This document shows positions 50,312 through 60,624 of a stretch of 64,000 nucleotides of DNA, piece by piece (the first letter of the stretch is position 1; every line of letters begins with the position of its first letter). The translations under genes were made by a program, and so were the position numbers. The stretch comes from an uncultured Thermoproteaceae archaeon (lineage in GTDB: Archaea > Thermoproteota > Thermoprotei > Thermoproteales > Thermocladiaceae), in the NCBI GenBank assembly GCA_964575955.1, contig CAZNTG010000003.1:64001-128000 (forward strand), in the 5' to 3' direction. The notes below the pieces were generated by a model that was given only the letters and a program-made list of their open reading frames with translations, did not search any database and was not told the origin of the DNA.

Positions 50312-50554
50312 TTATTCCTTCCTTTCAAGAACTCTTATACCTCTCTCATGGCATATATTCACTATCTTCTGAATATTCATCCAAGATTTTGATTTAATAA
50401 ATACTAAATTACCAACAATTTCAAACTGCACACCTAGTCTAGATATGACATCTTTCAACTTTTCAAATGTTGCCACACTCATCAGAGCTACATAGTATCC
50501 TTGAGGATCTCTCTTTCTACCAATATGAATCTCGTAATCTCCTATCTTAACCAT
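50312..50554 (-). CDS. Small hypothetical protein
   Basis: 80 aa; overlaps the 3' end of hom. Confidence 0.65.
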   Translation of the reverse strand: MVKIGDYEIHIGRKRDPQGYYVALMSVATFEKLKDVISRLGVQFEIVGNLVFIKSKSWMNIQKIVNICHERGIRVLERKE

Positions 50555-51597
50555 GTTGTAGATAATTCTATAAGTTCACTTAATACATTTACAGCAGTTT
50601 CAAAAGGTCCACCACCAATACCTTTTATAAGTATATTATTGTAGTCTGTAATAATTCTAACAGCATTTAATAGATATTTAACCTGTGCTAAATCATCATT
50701 TTCATCAAGTTCTACAGGTTTTACACCTATATAATTCTTCTCTAAGTCTAGCATAGCTATAAGTTTTATAACTTTTCTACGTTCTCTACACTTTCTAATA
50801 TAATCTTCATCTAGCCCTGTAATACCTATTCTCTCAACATCATTTAAACTTACGTCAAGACCTACAGTATTTGCAATAATTACTATCTTTGCAGCAGCAT
50901 CAATACCTTCAAGATCTAATGCTGGATTTGCCTCCATAACTCCTATCTTTCTAGCTTCTTCTATAGCATCTTTAAGAGATAGATTATCATAGAAAACTCT
51001 TGAAAGTATGTAATTTGTAGTTGCATTGAGAATACCCTCAACCTTCTTTAAACTATGTGCAGCTAGATGTTTTAAAGTATCTATTAGAGGTACACCACCA
51101 AAAACTGTAGCTCTATAACCTATAAATGCTCTTCTAGATTTAGCTAAGTTCATTAAATATCTAAACTTCAATACTAGTGGTGCTTTATTTGCAGTTACAA
51201 CACTAATACCTCTCTTAAGTGCCTTTATAATGTTTGTAAGACCAGGTTCACCATCTTCATAATTTGCAGGTGTTAATTCAATTAAAAAATCTGGAATTGT
51301 CTCATCGAGAACATCCTCAACATCATGAGATATCTTACCAATACCAATCTTTGCAACACTACTTCTAGGTGCATTTAAAAACTTCTCAAGTTCATCTCTA
51401 CTAAATCCATCATATTTATATGAAAATCCTGAAGAGTCTGCAATAGATACAATACTAAACTCAATACCGTACCTAGATCTAATATAATCATACTTATCTA
51501 GTATTAACTTAACAAAACTTCTACCAACATTTCCAAAACCTACAACACATATTCTACAAGTTTTACAAGTATTAATTTTCATGACAAATCGTGACAA
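50542..51597 (-). CDS. hom: Homoserine dehydrogenase
   Basis: GFGNVG, VVTANK, GILNATTNYIL, EANP..DLEGIDAAAK. Confidence 0.93.
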   Translation of the reverse strand: MSRFVMKINTCKTCRICVVGFGNVGRSFVKLILDKYDYIRSRYGIEFSIVSIADSSGFSYKYDGFSRDELEKFLNAPRSSVAKIGIGKISHDVEDVLDETIPDFLIELTPANYEDGEPGLTNIIKALKRGISVVTANKAPLVLKFRYLMNLAKSRRAFIGYRATVFGGVPLIDTLKHLAAHSLKKVEGILNATTNYILSRVFYDNLSLKDAIEEARKIGVMEANPALDLEGIDAAAKIVIIANTVGLDVSLNDVERIGITGLDEDYIRKCRERRKVIKLIAMLDLEKNYIGVKPVELDENDDLAQVKYLLNAVRIITDYNNILIKGIGGGPFETAVNVLSELIELSTTWLR

Positions 51598-51639
51598 TAT
51601 GAAGACTATTAAAAATTACGTTTACAAACTGTGATAATA

Positions 51640-51679
51640 GGGGGAAGAAGGGGAAGATCGGTTCTCGCTATCTTCTTCT
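51640..51679 (-). terminator. Hairpin plus pyrimidine tract in the tRNA-Lys 3' trailer
   Basis: The minus strand has GAAGAT...ATCTTC pairing followed by cccttcttccccct, directly after the tRNA CCA. Confidence 0.35.
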
Positions 51680-51680
51680 A

Positions 51681-51781
51681 TGGCGGGCCCGCCGGGATTT
51701 GAACCCGGGACCTACGGGTCTCTCCTCCCATATTGTTGGGATTAAGAGCCCGCCGCTCTAACCAGGCTGAGCTACGGGCCC
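51681..51781 (-). tRNA. tRNA-Lys(CTT) with a 23 nt intron at 37/38 (51720..51742)
   Basis: GGGCCCG acceptor stem; gcggg-CTCTTA[intron]A-cccgt; bulge-helix-bulge with a CUCU/GGAG central helix; encoded CCA. Confidence 0.95.
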
Positions 51782-51881
51782 TCTTTACTGTCTCTACTTC
51801 AAGATACTTGGTGTTTATAAGTCTTACTTTATGTTGGGTGTCTATGGATAGTTTAATAAGTGTTTTCTATATGTTTCAGGT

Positions 51882-52760
51882 GTGTCTGCCGAATCTATAG
51901 CTATATTAAATCAGATGGTTGGTATTCTATTTTTCCTATTTATACTACTGCTATTTCTAGAACCAACTTTGAGATTTAAAGCATTGCAAATGGCTAGACT
52001 TAGACTTTTACAGGAGATGGAGCTTAAGTATGGTTGGAGAGTTATAACTATGATACATAGAGAGGAGTGTGTTAGATTTTTCGGTATTCCTGTGTACAGG
52101 TATATAGATATTGAAGATTCTGAAGCAATTATTAGAGCTATAAGATCTACACCACCTGAAAGACCAATAGCACTCATATTACACACACCTGGTGGTCTTG
52201 TACTTGCTGCAATGCAGATAGCTATGGCATTAAAGAGACATCCAGGTAAGAAGATTGTAATAATACCACACTATGCTATGAGTGGTGGAACTTTGATAGC
52301 TCTTGCTGCTGATGAGATACTGATGGATAGAAATGCTGTACTTGGACCACTAGATCCTCAACTATCTTTTAAAGGTCAGATGGTTCCTGCTCCAAGTATT
52401 TTGAAGACATTTAAGATTAAAGGAGATAAAGCTAGTGATGAGATACTAATATTGGCAGATGTTGCTCAAAAAGCTTTAAGAGAAGTTCAGGAATTTATAG
52501 TAGACTTACTTAAAGATAAGATGGGTAGAGAGAAAGCTGAAGAAATTGCAAAAACTCTCACTGAAGGTTATTGGACTCATGACTATCCAATAACTTTCGA
52601 AAAAGCTAAAGAACTTGGACTACCTGTTCGTGATGAAGTACCACCAGAAGTGTATAGACTTATGGAACTATATCCACAAGCTGGAATAAATAGACCCGGA
52701 GTTGAATATATACCATACCCAGTAATACCGCAGAGACGTAGAGAACAGTCACATAGATAG
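51882..52760 (+). CDS. ClpP/crotonase-class membrane serine protease (SDH/DUF114 family)
   Basis: LHTPGG, AMSGGTLIALAADEI, LGPLDPQ, WTHDYPI. Confidence 0.9.
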   Translation: MSAESIAILNQMVGILFFLFILLLFLEPTLRFKALQMARLRLLQEMELKYGWRVITMIHREECVRFFGIPVYRYIDIEDSEAIIRAIRSTPPERPIALILHTPGGLVLAAMQIAMALKRHPGKKIVIIPHYAMSGGTLIALAADEILMDRNAVLGPLDPQLSFKGQMVPAPSILKTFKIKGDKASDEILILADVAQKALREVQEFIVDLLKDKMGREKAEEIAKTLTEGYWTHDYPITFEKAKELGLPVRDEVPPEVYRLMELYPQAGINRPGVEYIPYPVIPQRRREQSHR

Positions 52761-55700
52761 TTAATATTTTTCTTCAAAAATCTTCTCAATATTTTCATAC
52801 TCTCTTCTAATTTTCTCAATAATATCTTCACTAGTCTTCCAAAGTCCTCTAACATATGCTTCATATAGTCTTCTCAATATTTCAGAGTATGCATATGGAT
52901 TATAGTTTAAAAATCTATTCTTAATATCTATATTCTCAACATATGTTCTATATATCTTATCGAATACCCAATTAGGAACATCTCCACTCGTTGCTGCAAG
53001 ACCTAGAACATATTCAACTCTTTTAGAAATTTCTCTACAACCATCATAGCCATGGTTTAGCATAGATTCTATCCATTTTGGATTTAGAAGTCTAGTAATT
53101 GCTGAATCTTCTATAGCTTCTCTAATATCTTTAATACGTATTTTCTCTAATGTTGTATCTATCCAAAATGTTGATACATCACTACCTTTAACATTCTTAA
53201 CAGCATTTTTCAAACCTCCAAGAAATTCATAATAATGATCTAGATCTGTTATATCATACTCATTTGCATATTTTATCTGTGTAATCATGTCAACTTTAGA
53301 TAATAGATATGTAAATAGTTCTCTTGCTTCAACTGCATGTACATTTTCACCATATGCATATGACATATCTTGAATATATGTTTCAGCTAATTCTGAACTA
53401 TCTCTCCAATTACCTGTTTCAATCTTATCGACTATTCTAGTATTGTAAGCACCATCTTTTGGTCCAAATATTCTTAAGAGTGCCATATCTCCAAGTTCTT
53501 TAATTTTCTCAAGATAGTGTTTTCTAACAAAGTTCATATTAACTGGCTCGTCAAGACTAGCTACTAATCTTACAGCTCTATCTATCATAGTTATTAAATT
53601 TGGAAAAGTATCTCTAAATATTCCACATATAGTTACAACAACGTCAATTCTAGGTCTACCAAGCTCTTCAAGAGATATTGGCTCTAACTCCCAATGCCAT
53701 GGTCCATGCTTTCTTACAAGTCTAACACCTAGATAGTGAAGTATTTGACCAATAGTTTCTCCTCTAGTACCCATAGTTTCAAAACCCCAAAGCACTACAC
53801 TAACAGTCTCAGGATACTTACCATGTTTCTCATAGTATCTCCTTAGAGTTTCCTCAGCAATTTTAATACCTCTCAAATATGCAGCTTTACTTGGAACTAA
53901 TCTTGGATCAAATGCATATCCATTACAACCTGTTGGAAAAACTTCAGGAAATCTAACTGGATCTCCACAAATTCTCGGAAGTATATACCTACCCTCAAGT
54001 GCATCTAGAAGTGATTCTAACTCTCTACTAGACACTATGTTCCTATAGATATTGTATAGATATTCTAGTATCTCTCTACCTTCACCTCTATACTTACTGG
54101 GTATTAATTTTAAAGCATCTTCAAGACCATTCTTAACTAGTCTATTTATAATTTCTCTACATAAATTCTCAACTTCAAAATATATACTACTTAAAGGCTT
54201 TCCATTGATAATCTTGTTAGGATTTTCAAAAACATCATCGTAGTTTATACCAATACTTTCAAAAATTAATCTATATAATGATTTGACTTCTCTATCATAT
54301 CTAGACACTATTAGTAGATATTCAACTATATCATCAATATTCCAAACGTTTCCAAGTATGTGAAGACCTTTTGGAATTATACTTCTCTTCAATGTGAATA
54401 ATCTATCATGAAGACTTTCAACATCTTTAAACTCTATACCTAACTCTCTACACTTCTCCTCTATCAACTTTATAACAGTGTTAGCTCTCTCAGGATCTTG
54501 CACTTTTGCTTCTTCATATTCGTGGACTAGTTCTTCAAGCTCTTTCCATTCTCCATATAGTTCCGATATTGTGAATGGTGGTGTTGAATGTGTTATAATA
54601 TATGCATAGCTTCTTCTCTTAGCAATAGTCATCTCTGATGGATTTGTGACATGGTACACATATATGTGAGGTATATCTCCTATAAGTATATCAGGATAAC
54701 ATTCTGATGATAATCCAACCTCTTTTCCTGGCATAAATTCTAAAGTTCCATGAGTACCTAAGTGAATTATTGCATCAGCTTTAAACTCATTTTGAAGCCA
54801 TAAATAGAATGTTAAATACTGATAGTGTGGTGGTAGATCTTTTGAATGATAAACTTTATCAGGATCTTCATGAATACCCCTACTAGGTTGAATTCCAATG
54901 AATACATTTCCAACAACAATTCCAGGTATTAGTATATAACCATCTTCAGAGTTTATATTAAAATCTTCAATACTACCCCAAGTTCTTTTAATATTTTCAA
55001 TAACATTCTCAGGTAGTGATTTTAGAAGACTTTTACACTTTTCAATATCTACCTTTATAAAATCTCTAATATTTCTAGATATGTATTTTGGAGAATTTAT
55101 ACGTCCTTCATTAACAATCTTCTTAACTAGCTCTTCCTTACTTAATACGTCTACACTGTAGTTTCTCTCTTTCAACTTCTTTAATATGTTTTCAAGACTT
55201 GCAAATATGTCAAGATATGATGCACTTCCAACATTATCTTCACCTGGAGGATAGTTGTATATTATAATTGCAATCTTCTTATCACTATTATTCTTATATC
55301 TCAATGATATCCAATTTACTGTTCTTCTAACTCTCTTCAATAATCTATCATCTATAACTACGATATCTTTAAAAATATCATTACTAAGACCAGCAATTGG
55401 TATTGGCTCTATAGAACCATCAATTTCTGGTAATGCAACTCCAGTAATTACCTCAATTGGTGATATACCTCTAGGATCAGATTTCCATTTCTCAACTTCT
55501 CTCATATACATTATCAATCCATTAATTAACAACACATTATGATTCAACAACATATTCCACGTAGGTTCAGAAGGACCACCATATGGACCTCCATTTATCC
55601 TGAACCATTGAAGATTTATCAAAATATCTAACTTAACTCTATCTAAAATTTTATCAATTTCATATACTTGTCTTTTGAGATCAAATGAACCACCACCAAC

Positions 55701-56471
55701 AATGATTACACAATTATAACCAAGATCTCTAAACATCTTGTATAATCTTGAAGCAACAGGCTTACATTGATCAAAATGCATTCCTGAATATACTAAAATA
55801 CCGATAGTAGGTCTATTTGGATCTAGTCGAATTTTATCAACATCTACAAACTTCTCAATATCGGGTATCCATATTGAAAATGGTTTCACATCTTCACTAG
55901 GTTCTTCATACTCTACATCTATATTGAAATAATTTCTTAATATCATTTTAATTAGATTCTCAATATTTCTCTCAGTTCCATAAGTCCAATACTTTACAGC
56001 CTTTACATAATTGTGTAGATCTTTCATAAAACCTAAATGTAATATTCTTCCAATCTTCTCAAACATATTCATAATTTTTTCAATATTTTCAACATTTATA
56101 TAATCTACATCAAAATCAAGCTCTTTAACCTTTTTTGTAATAATTTCACCCCTAACGTTGCCTATCTTTAGATATTTCATTAAATTTGAACTTCCAACAA
56201 CTAATGGTAGTATTATTCTTGCTCTACTTTTACCTATGTTATCTTCCAATATCTTTATAAAATTGCTAGTTGGTGTTCTAATGTCTATAAGTATTATATC
56301 ACTATCTACTATATCTTCTCTTAATCTATCTATAAGTTCTCTATATGAATCTAGCTCATGTGTATAGTATATTCTACATATTATATCTATACCACTCTCT
56401 CTTAATTTCTCTACTGATCTTATTAATGATCCTAAACTTGTTCTTGTAGATATTACTAATAGCTTTATCAC
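52761..56471 (-). CDS. CobN/BchH-family chelatase large subunit (BchH/ChlH-like signature)
   Basis: LPEIDG, YNYPPG, HLGTHGTLEFMPGK, NPSEMTIAKRR, LGRPRIDV, GIFRD, LLNPKWI. Confidence 0.92.
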   Translation of the reverse strand: MIKLLVISTRTSLGSLIRSVEKLRESGIDIICRIYYTHELDSYRELIDRLREDIVDSDIILIDIRTPTSNFIKILEDNIGKSRARIILPLVVGSSNLMKYLKIGNVRGEIITKKVKELDFDVDYINVENIEKIMNMFEKIGRILHLGFMKDLHNYVKAVKYWTYGTERNIENLIKMILRNYFNIDVEYEEPSEDVKPFSIWIPDIEKFVDVDKIRLDPNRPTIGILVYSGMHFDQCKPVASRLYKMFRDLGYNCVIIVGGGSFDLKRQVYEIDKILDRVKLDILINLQWFRINGGPYGGPSEPTWNMLLNHNVLLINGLIMYMREVEKWKSDPRGISPIEVITGVALPEIDGSIEPIPIAGLSNDIFKDIVVIDDRLLKRVRRTVNWISLRYKNNSDKKIAIIIYNYPPGEDNVGSASYLDIFASLENILKKLKERNYSVDVLSKEELVKKIVNEGRINSPKYISRNIRDFIKVDIEKCKSLLKSLPENVIENIKRTWGSIEDFNINSEDGYILIPGIVVGNVFIGIQPSRGIHEDPDKVYHSKDLPPHYQYLTFYLWLQNEFKADAIIHLGTHGTLEFMPGKEVGLSSECYPDILIGDIPHIYVYHVTNPSEMTIAKRRSYAYIITHSTPPFTISELYGEWKELEELVHEYEEAKVQDPERANTVIKLIEEKCRELGIEFKDVESLHDRLFTLKRSIIPKGLHILGNVWNIDDIVEYLLIVSRYDREVKSLYRLIFESIGINYDDVFENPNKIINGKPLSSIYFEVENLCREIINRLVKNGLEDALKLIPSKYRGEGREILEYLYNIYRNIVSSRELESLLDALEGRYILPRICGDPVRFPEVFPTGCNGYAFDPRLVPSKAAYLRGIKIAEETLRRYYEKHGKYPETVSVVLWGFETMGTRGETIGQILHYLGVRLVRKHGPWHWELEPISLEELGRPRIDVVVTICGIFRDTFPNLITMIDRAVRLVASLDEPVNMNFVRKHYLEKIKELGDMALLRIFGPKDGAYNTRIVDKIETGNWRDSSELAETYIQDMSYAYGENVHAVEARELFTYLLSKVDMITQIKYANEYDITDLDHYYEFLGGLKNAVKNVKGSDVSTFWIDTTLEKIRIKDIREAIEDSAITRLLNPKWIESMLNHGYDGCREISKRVEYVLGLAATSGDVPNWVFDKIYRTYVENIDIKNRFLNYNPYAYSEILRRLYEAYVRGLWKTSEDIIEKIRREYENIEKIFEEKY

Positions 56472-56504
56472 GTATGAATATTCTATATAGTAGTTGTTTA
56501 AGCA

Positions 56505-57233
56505 TTAACCTATAGCTTTCTGCAATTGCCAAAATTCTTCTTTTCCAAATCTCATGATTAGCATAGTATTTCTATGAACTTTAATCTTCCTAAATTTTGA
56601 TAGTATACTCGATATGTATGGATATTCTTCAATTTCTGGCTCTACATATACTGCTACTAGATTTCTATTTTCAACTCTGGTGTATAGTGATACATCTCTA
56701 CTCTTGGATACTGCGATAATATACATGTTAGCACAACAATCACGTATTTGAGATACTGACAATACTAAGTGATCTACGATAACATTATTTTTAATTAATT
56801 CATCTGTAAGTATTTCTAACGATTTCTCAACTACGAAATCTCCATCTGTTTGATATATTGTTGATAGTAGTTCTATTAATGCAATTTCTGGTTTTGGTTC
56901 AGTTATTTCTAAATTTTTCTGTAAAATTATGTTGTATATATTTATGAATGATACTATTCCTTTAAATGTTAGGCATAATACTGAATCTATGCATGATCTA
57001 CACATTGAGTATGAATCTGATATTGTTATACATAGTTCTTCACAGTTATTTTTTGCAAAGTTTAGATCAGGTATTAATACTTCTGATATATTATCTGTAG
57101 ATCTTACATAGGTGAATTTTTCTATAAACTTACTACCTACACATGATGTGCATATACTTCCGCTTGTGATTTTTAATTCTTCTAGAATTTTTCTAAAATC
57201 TTCTATATTTCTAACTCTTGCAGAGATTAACAT
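56505..57233 (-). CDS. Hypothetical protein
   Basis: 242 aa ORF between hypD and the chelatase gene, abutting hypD. Confidence 0.6.
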   Translation of the reverse strand: MLISARVRNIEDFRKILEELKITSGSICTSCVGSKFIEKFTYVRSTDNISEVLIPDLNFAKNNCEELCITISDSYSMCRSCIDSVLCLTFKGIVSFINIYNIILQKNLEITEPKPEIALIELLSTIYQTDGDFVVEKSLEILTDELIKNNVIVDHLVLSVSQIRDCCANMYIIAVSKSRDVSLYTRVENRNLVAVYVEPEIEEYPYISSILSKFRKIKVHRNTMLIMRFGKEEFWQLQKAIG

Positions 57234-58454
57234 CTAAAGTCCAAGTTCTTTTGCTAGTTCATTTATAAGTATTGTAGAGCCATATCTTGCCCATATTGAG
57301 CATGTTCCTTCACTTGATACCATGCATGGTCCTAATGGTCTTGATGGTGTACATGATTTTAAGAAGTGTTTACAGTCTGTTGGATATGCTAATCCTAGCA
57401 TTATCTCTCCACATCTACATCCTGGTGGTGTATCTTTAACCCATTTTGACTCATCTAAATCTTCAATTCCTAATTGCTTATATGCATCCCATCTCTCATA
57501 CATATCTTTTAGGTATAGTCCACTTCTAGGAATTATACCTATACCTCTCCATGCAGATTTTTTAACATCAAAGACTCTATTCATAATCTCTCTAGCATAT
57601 ATGTTTCCTCTCCATGTTACAGCTCTAACATATTCTATAACTGTCTTAGCCTCACCTTTCAATAGTTGTCTCAATATTTCACATATTGAGAGTAGTACAT
57701 CTACAGGTTCAAATCCTGACACAACAACAGGAATTCTATACTTCTCAGATAGAAAACTCCATGCTTCACCTCCAGTTATAGTAGATACATGTCCTGGAGC
57801 TATTACTCCAAATGCAGGTTCTTCGCCATACACTTCTAATAGTTTTGATTTACAGGCTTCAATACTGTACTCTGCTGCTGGTGGTGTTAATCTAACAACA
57901 CTTAGAAAGTATAGTTTTTCAGGGACTTTATTATTTAGAAACATCTGTGCATATGCTGGTGCTATTGTTTCAAATCCAATTCCTAGAAATATACTATCTT
58001 TAGGATTATTTTTAAAATGTTGTATAGCTTCAAGAAAACTATATACAACAACTACATCACAACCTGAAGCCTTAGCTTCTTCGAGACTTCTAACACCATT
58101 AATCCTCTTTACTGTAGGTACTCTATACGTATCTCCATATGTGTATATTCTAAATCCTTCAAATGCAAGTTCAATACATTTCTCAACGTAGTATGATGGT
58201 GTTATACATACAGGACATCCAGGACCAGCAACAAGTTCAATTTCTGGAGGTACTATACTTCTGATACCATAGTACACTGTTGTCCATTCATGAGTACCGC
58301 AGAAGTTCATTATTCTTATTTTAGTTATCTTCTTCCTCCTCTTCAATTCTTCTAGAAGTTTTTTAGAGAGTTCTCTAATTCTTGAGACAAGTTCTACATT
58401 ATTCCTATATATTTCTTCAATTTTTCTTAATCTTTCAATACTTCTCTCAGACAC
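57234..58454 (-). CDS. hypD: [NiFe]-hydrogenase maturation protein HypD
   Basis: FCGTH, GPGCPVC, GFET, PGHVS, CTP..PLGPCMVSSEGTC. Confidence 0.95.
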   Translation of the reverse strand: MSERSIERLRKIEEIYRNNVELVSRIRELSKKLLEELKRRKKITKIRIMNFCGTHEWTTVYYGIRSIVPPEIELVAGPGCPVCITPSYYVEKCIELAFEGFRIYTYGDTYRVPTVKRINGVRSLEEAKASGCDVVVVYSFLEAIQHFKNNPKDSIFLGIGFETIAPAYAQMFLNNKVPEKLYFLSVVRLTPPAAEYSIEACKSKLLEVYGEEPAFGVIAPGHVSTITGGEAWSFLSEKYRIPVVVSGFEPVDVLLSICEILRQLLKGEAKTVIEYVRAVTWRGNIYAREIMNRVFDVKKSAWRGIGIIPRSGLYLKDMYERWDAYKQLGIEDLDESKWVKDTPPGCRCGEIMLGLAYPTDCKHFLKSCTPSRPLGPCMVSSEGTCSIWARYGSTILINELAKELGL

Positions 58455-58456
58455 TA

Positions 58457-60247
58457 CTATCCTCTAATTGTCTTCTCTATATGTTCGTAAATCATATACT
58501 TTATCTCTCGAATTGCTTGTGAAATTACGTTTGGATCAATCTTACCTAGAGGTGTCTCTGTTTCAAATAGCTTCTTAGGTAGTTCTATCTTCTCTGGATC
58601 GTAGCCTTCTCTAAGTTTAACAATCCACTTCTCAATCCATATCTTTCTACCAACCTCTTTCAATCTTTCAACATCTATGTTAATTCCTATAGATCTAAGT
58701 GCTTTTACGACAACATCTTCCTTATATATACCTCTACCAAATAGGCATAGTACCATGCTGTTCAATATTTGTCTCCAAGATTCTTCTTCAACAATATACT
58801 TAGCTATTTCATGTGGTGTTACATCTCTTCTACCTTCTTTAGCAAGTTTCTCATCGTATGAGTATCCTGCAGAGTCTAGATGACTATGTCTAAAACCTAC
58901 GACTAGACTAGTCCAGTATGTGGGTCCTGTATGATATCCTGCAGGTTCAACACCTGCTACATGTATCGCAAATTCTCTACCTTCAGGATACTTCTCAGCA
59001 AGTGCTTTAACACCCATTGCAGCTATCTTATAGAACTCGTTTGGTTGATAAACTATGTTTCTAACAATTTCAATATAGGTCTTCCAATCACCCCATCTTG
59101 GCTCTACAATAGTCTCACTTTTACTAACTATACCTCTCTCATATGCTTCAGTAATCCATGCAAGGACAACTCCAGTACTGATTGCATCTAGACCATACTC
59201 TTCAACTATCCTTATGAGTCTTAACATTCCTTCAGGATCTCCAATACCTAGATTACTTCCAAGAGCATATATTAGCTCATAGTCGTATGATATGAATGTT
59301 GTCTTGTAGAAGTATGGCTCACCTGTAGGTTCTCTAAGTGCTGCAAGATGTATACATGCTACAGGACATCCAGTACATGCAATTCTCCTACCTAACATCT
59401 TCTCTGCAAGATATTCACCACTAATCTTCTCAGCTTCTTCAAATCTTCCTGATGAGAAGTTTCTTGTAGGTAATGCACCAAGCTTATTTAAGACTAGAAC
59501 ATTCTGTGGTGTTCCTAGATCATGATATTTTCTTAATGCTGGTGATTGTGTTGCAAGTTCATAAATTTCTTTATAAGTTTTCATATATTCTGCAAGGTAT
59601 TTTCTATCAAGTTTAAATGAACCTCTACCAATAAATACTATAGCTTTCAATTTTTTAGATCCAAAAACTGCTCCAAGACCCATTCTTCCAAAGTGTCTAT
59701 ATGTATCTACATTGACATTTGCATATCTTACGAGTTTCTCACCTGCAAGACCAATTCTGATTATACTTCTAAATCCTGATCCTGTCGTTACCTCTCTCAA
59801 AACTCTACCGATAGTTTCTGTAGATTTCATACCCCATAATGATGATGCATCACAGAATTTGACTCCCTTATCATCTATGACTAAGTATACAGGAATATTG
59901 CTGACACCTTTAATCACAATTGCTCCATAACCTGCAAATCTTATAGCTGCTGCAAGTCTACCACCAGCATGACTTTCAGCTACATAACCGCTTAGTGGTG
60001 ATTTAAATACTGTAACAACTTTAGAAGCCATTGGAAATATGACTGAGAGTGGACCTACAGCAAATATTATTGGATTATCAGGACTTAGAGGATCCATATC
60101 TGGTTTCGATTCCTCTTTATATAGTTGAATTGCGACACCAATACCACCAAACCACTTCTCAAATAGATCACTCCTATCTTCAACATGCCATCTCTTCCTT
60201 GTTAAGTCTATGTATAGTACTTTGCTTGGAAGCCATGGTGGTAGCAA
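58457..60247 (-). CDS. Tungsten-dependent aldehyde:ferredoxin oxidoreductase family protein
   Basis: KSPL..ESHAGG, GRMGLGAVFGSKKLKA, CTGCPVAC, GLDAISTG. Confidence 0.92.
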   Translation of the reverse strand: MLPPWLPSKVLYIDLTRKRWHVEDRSDLFEKWFGGIGVAIQLYKEESKPDMDPLSPDNPIIFAVGPLSVIFPMASKVVTVFKSPLSGYVAESHAGGRLAAAIRFAGYGAIVIKGVSNIPVYLVIDDKGVKFCDASSLWGMKSTETIGRVLREVTTGSGFRSIIRIGLAGEKLVRYANVNVDTYRHFGRMGLGAVFGSKKLKAIVFIGRGSFKLDRKYLAEYMKTYKEIYELATQSPALRKYHDLGTPQNVLVLNKLGALPTRNFSSGRFEEAEKISGEYLAEKMLGRRIACTGCPVACIHLAALREPTGEPYFYKTTFISYDYELIYALGSNLGIGDPEGMLRLIRIVEEYGLDAISTGVVLAWITEAYERGIVSKSETIVEPRWGDWKTYIEIVRNIVYQPNEFYKIAAMGVKALAEKYPEGREFAIHVAGVEPAGYHTGPTYWTSLVVGFRHSHLDSAGYSYDEKLAKEGRRDVTPHEIAKYIVEEESWRQILNSMVLCLFGRGIYKEDVVVKALRSIGINIDVERLKEVGRKIWIEKWIVKLREGYDPEKIELPKKLFETETPLGKIDPNVISQAIREIKYMIYEHIEKTIRG

Positions 60248-60315
60248 GCTCTCTCCAGTCTCCTCCTGTTATTTAGCTAAAATATTAATCTATCCGTTAT
60301 GAGATACATCTTGCA

Positions 60316-60618
60316 CTACTTAACAAAATTTCTACTCTTCTTTTCTAAAAATTCAATCTTAGCAGAAAGTTTACTAATTTGTGTTTTTAGAAATTCTAAC
60401 TCTACAGCAATATTATCAACAATCTTCTCAATTTCATATATCTTCTCAATATTTTCGATAGAATTTCTATCAATATCCTCTAATGCCTTCATAACTATGC
60501 TATATATCTTATCTATAAGGTCATCATATGTTAATGCTCCTGTATATAATTTCAACTTTTGAAGTTTCTCCCAAGTCTCTCTTCTAATAGTTATAGATAC
60601 GTAACCTCTTCTAGGCAT
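60316..60618 (-). CDS. Ribbon-helix-helix / VapB-antitoxin-like protein with coiled-coil tail
   Basis: YVSITIRRETWEKLQKLK....TYDDLI. Confidence 0.6.
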   Translation of the reverse strand: MPRRGYVSITIRRETWEKLQKLKLYTGALTYDDLIDKIYSIVMKALEDIDRNSIENIEKIYEIEKIVDNIAVELEFLKTQISKLSAKIEFLEKKSRNFVK

Positions 60619-60624
60619 TTCAAA

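Noticed and set aside
35920-51781. Integrated element at tRNA-Ser or tRNA-Lys
   Set aside because: I saw no duplicated tRNA 3' end (att site) or tyrosine integrase, and the flanking genes are metabolic
57322-58191. 289 aa ORF on the + strand
   Set aside because: Entirely antisense to hypD with no recognisable motifs. The same reasoning applies to other nested antisense ORFs such as 20231..20743, 38036..38578 and 42345..42860.
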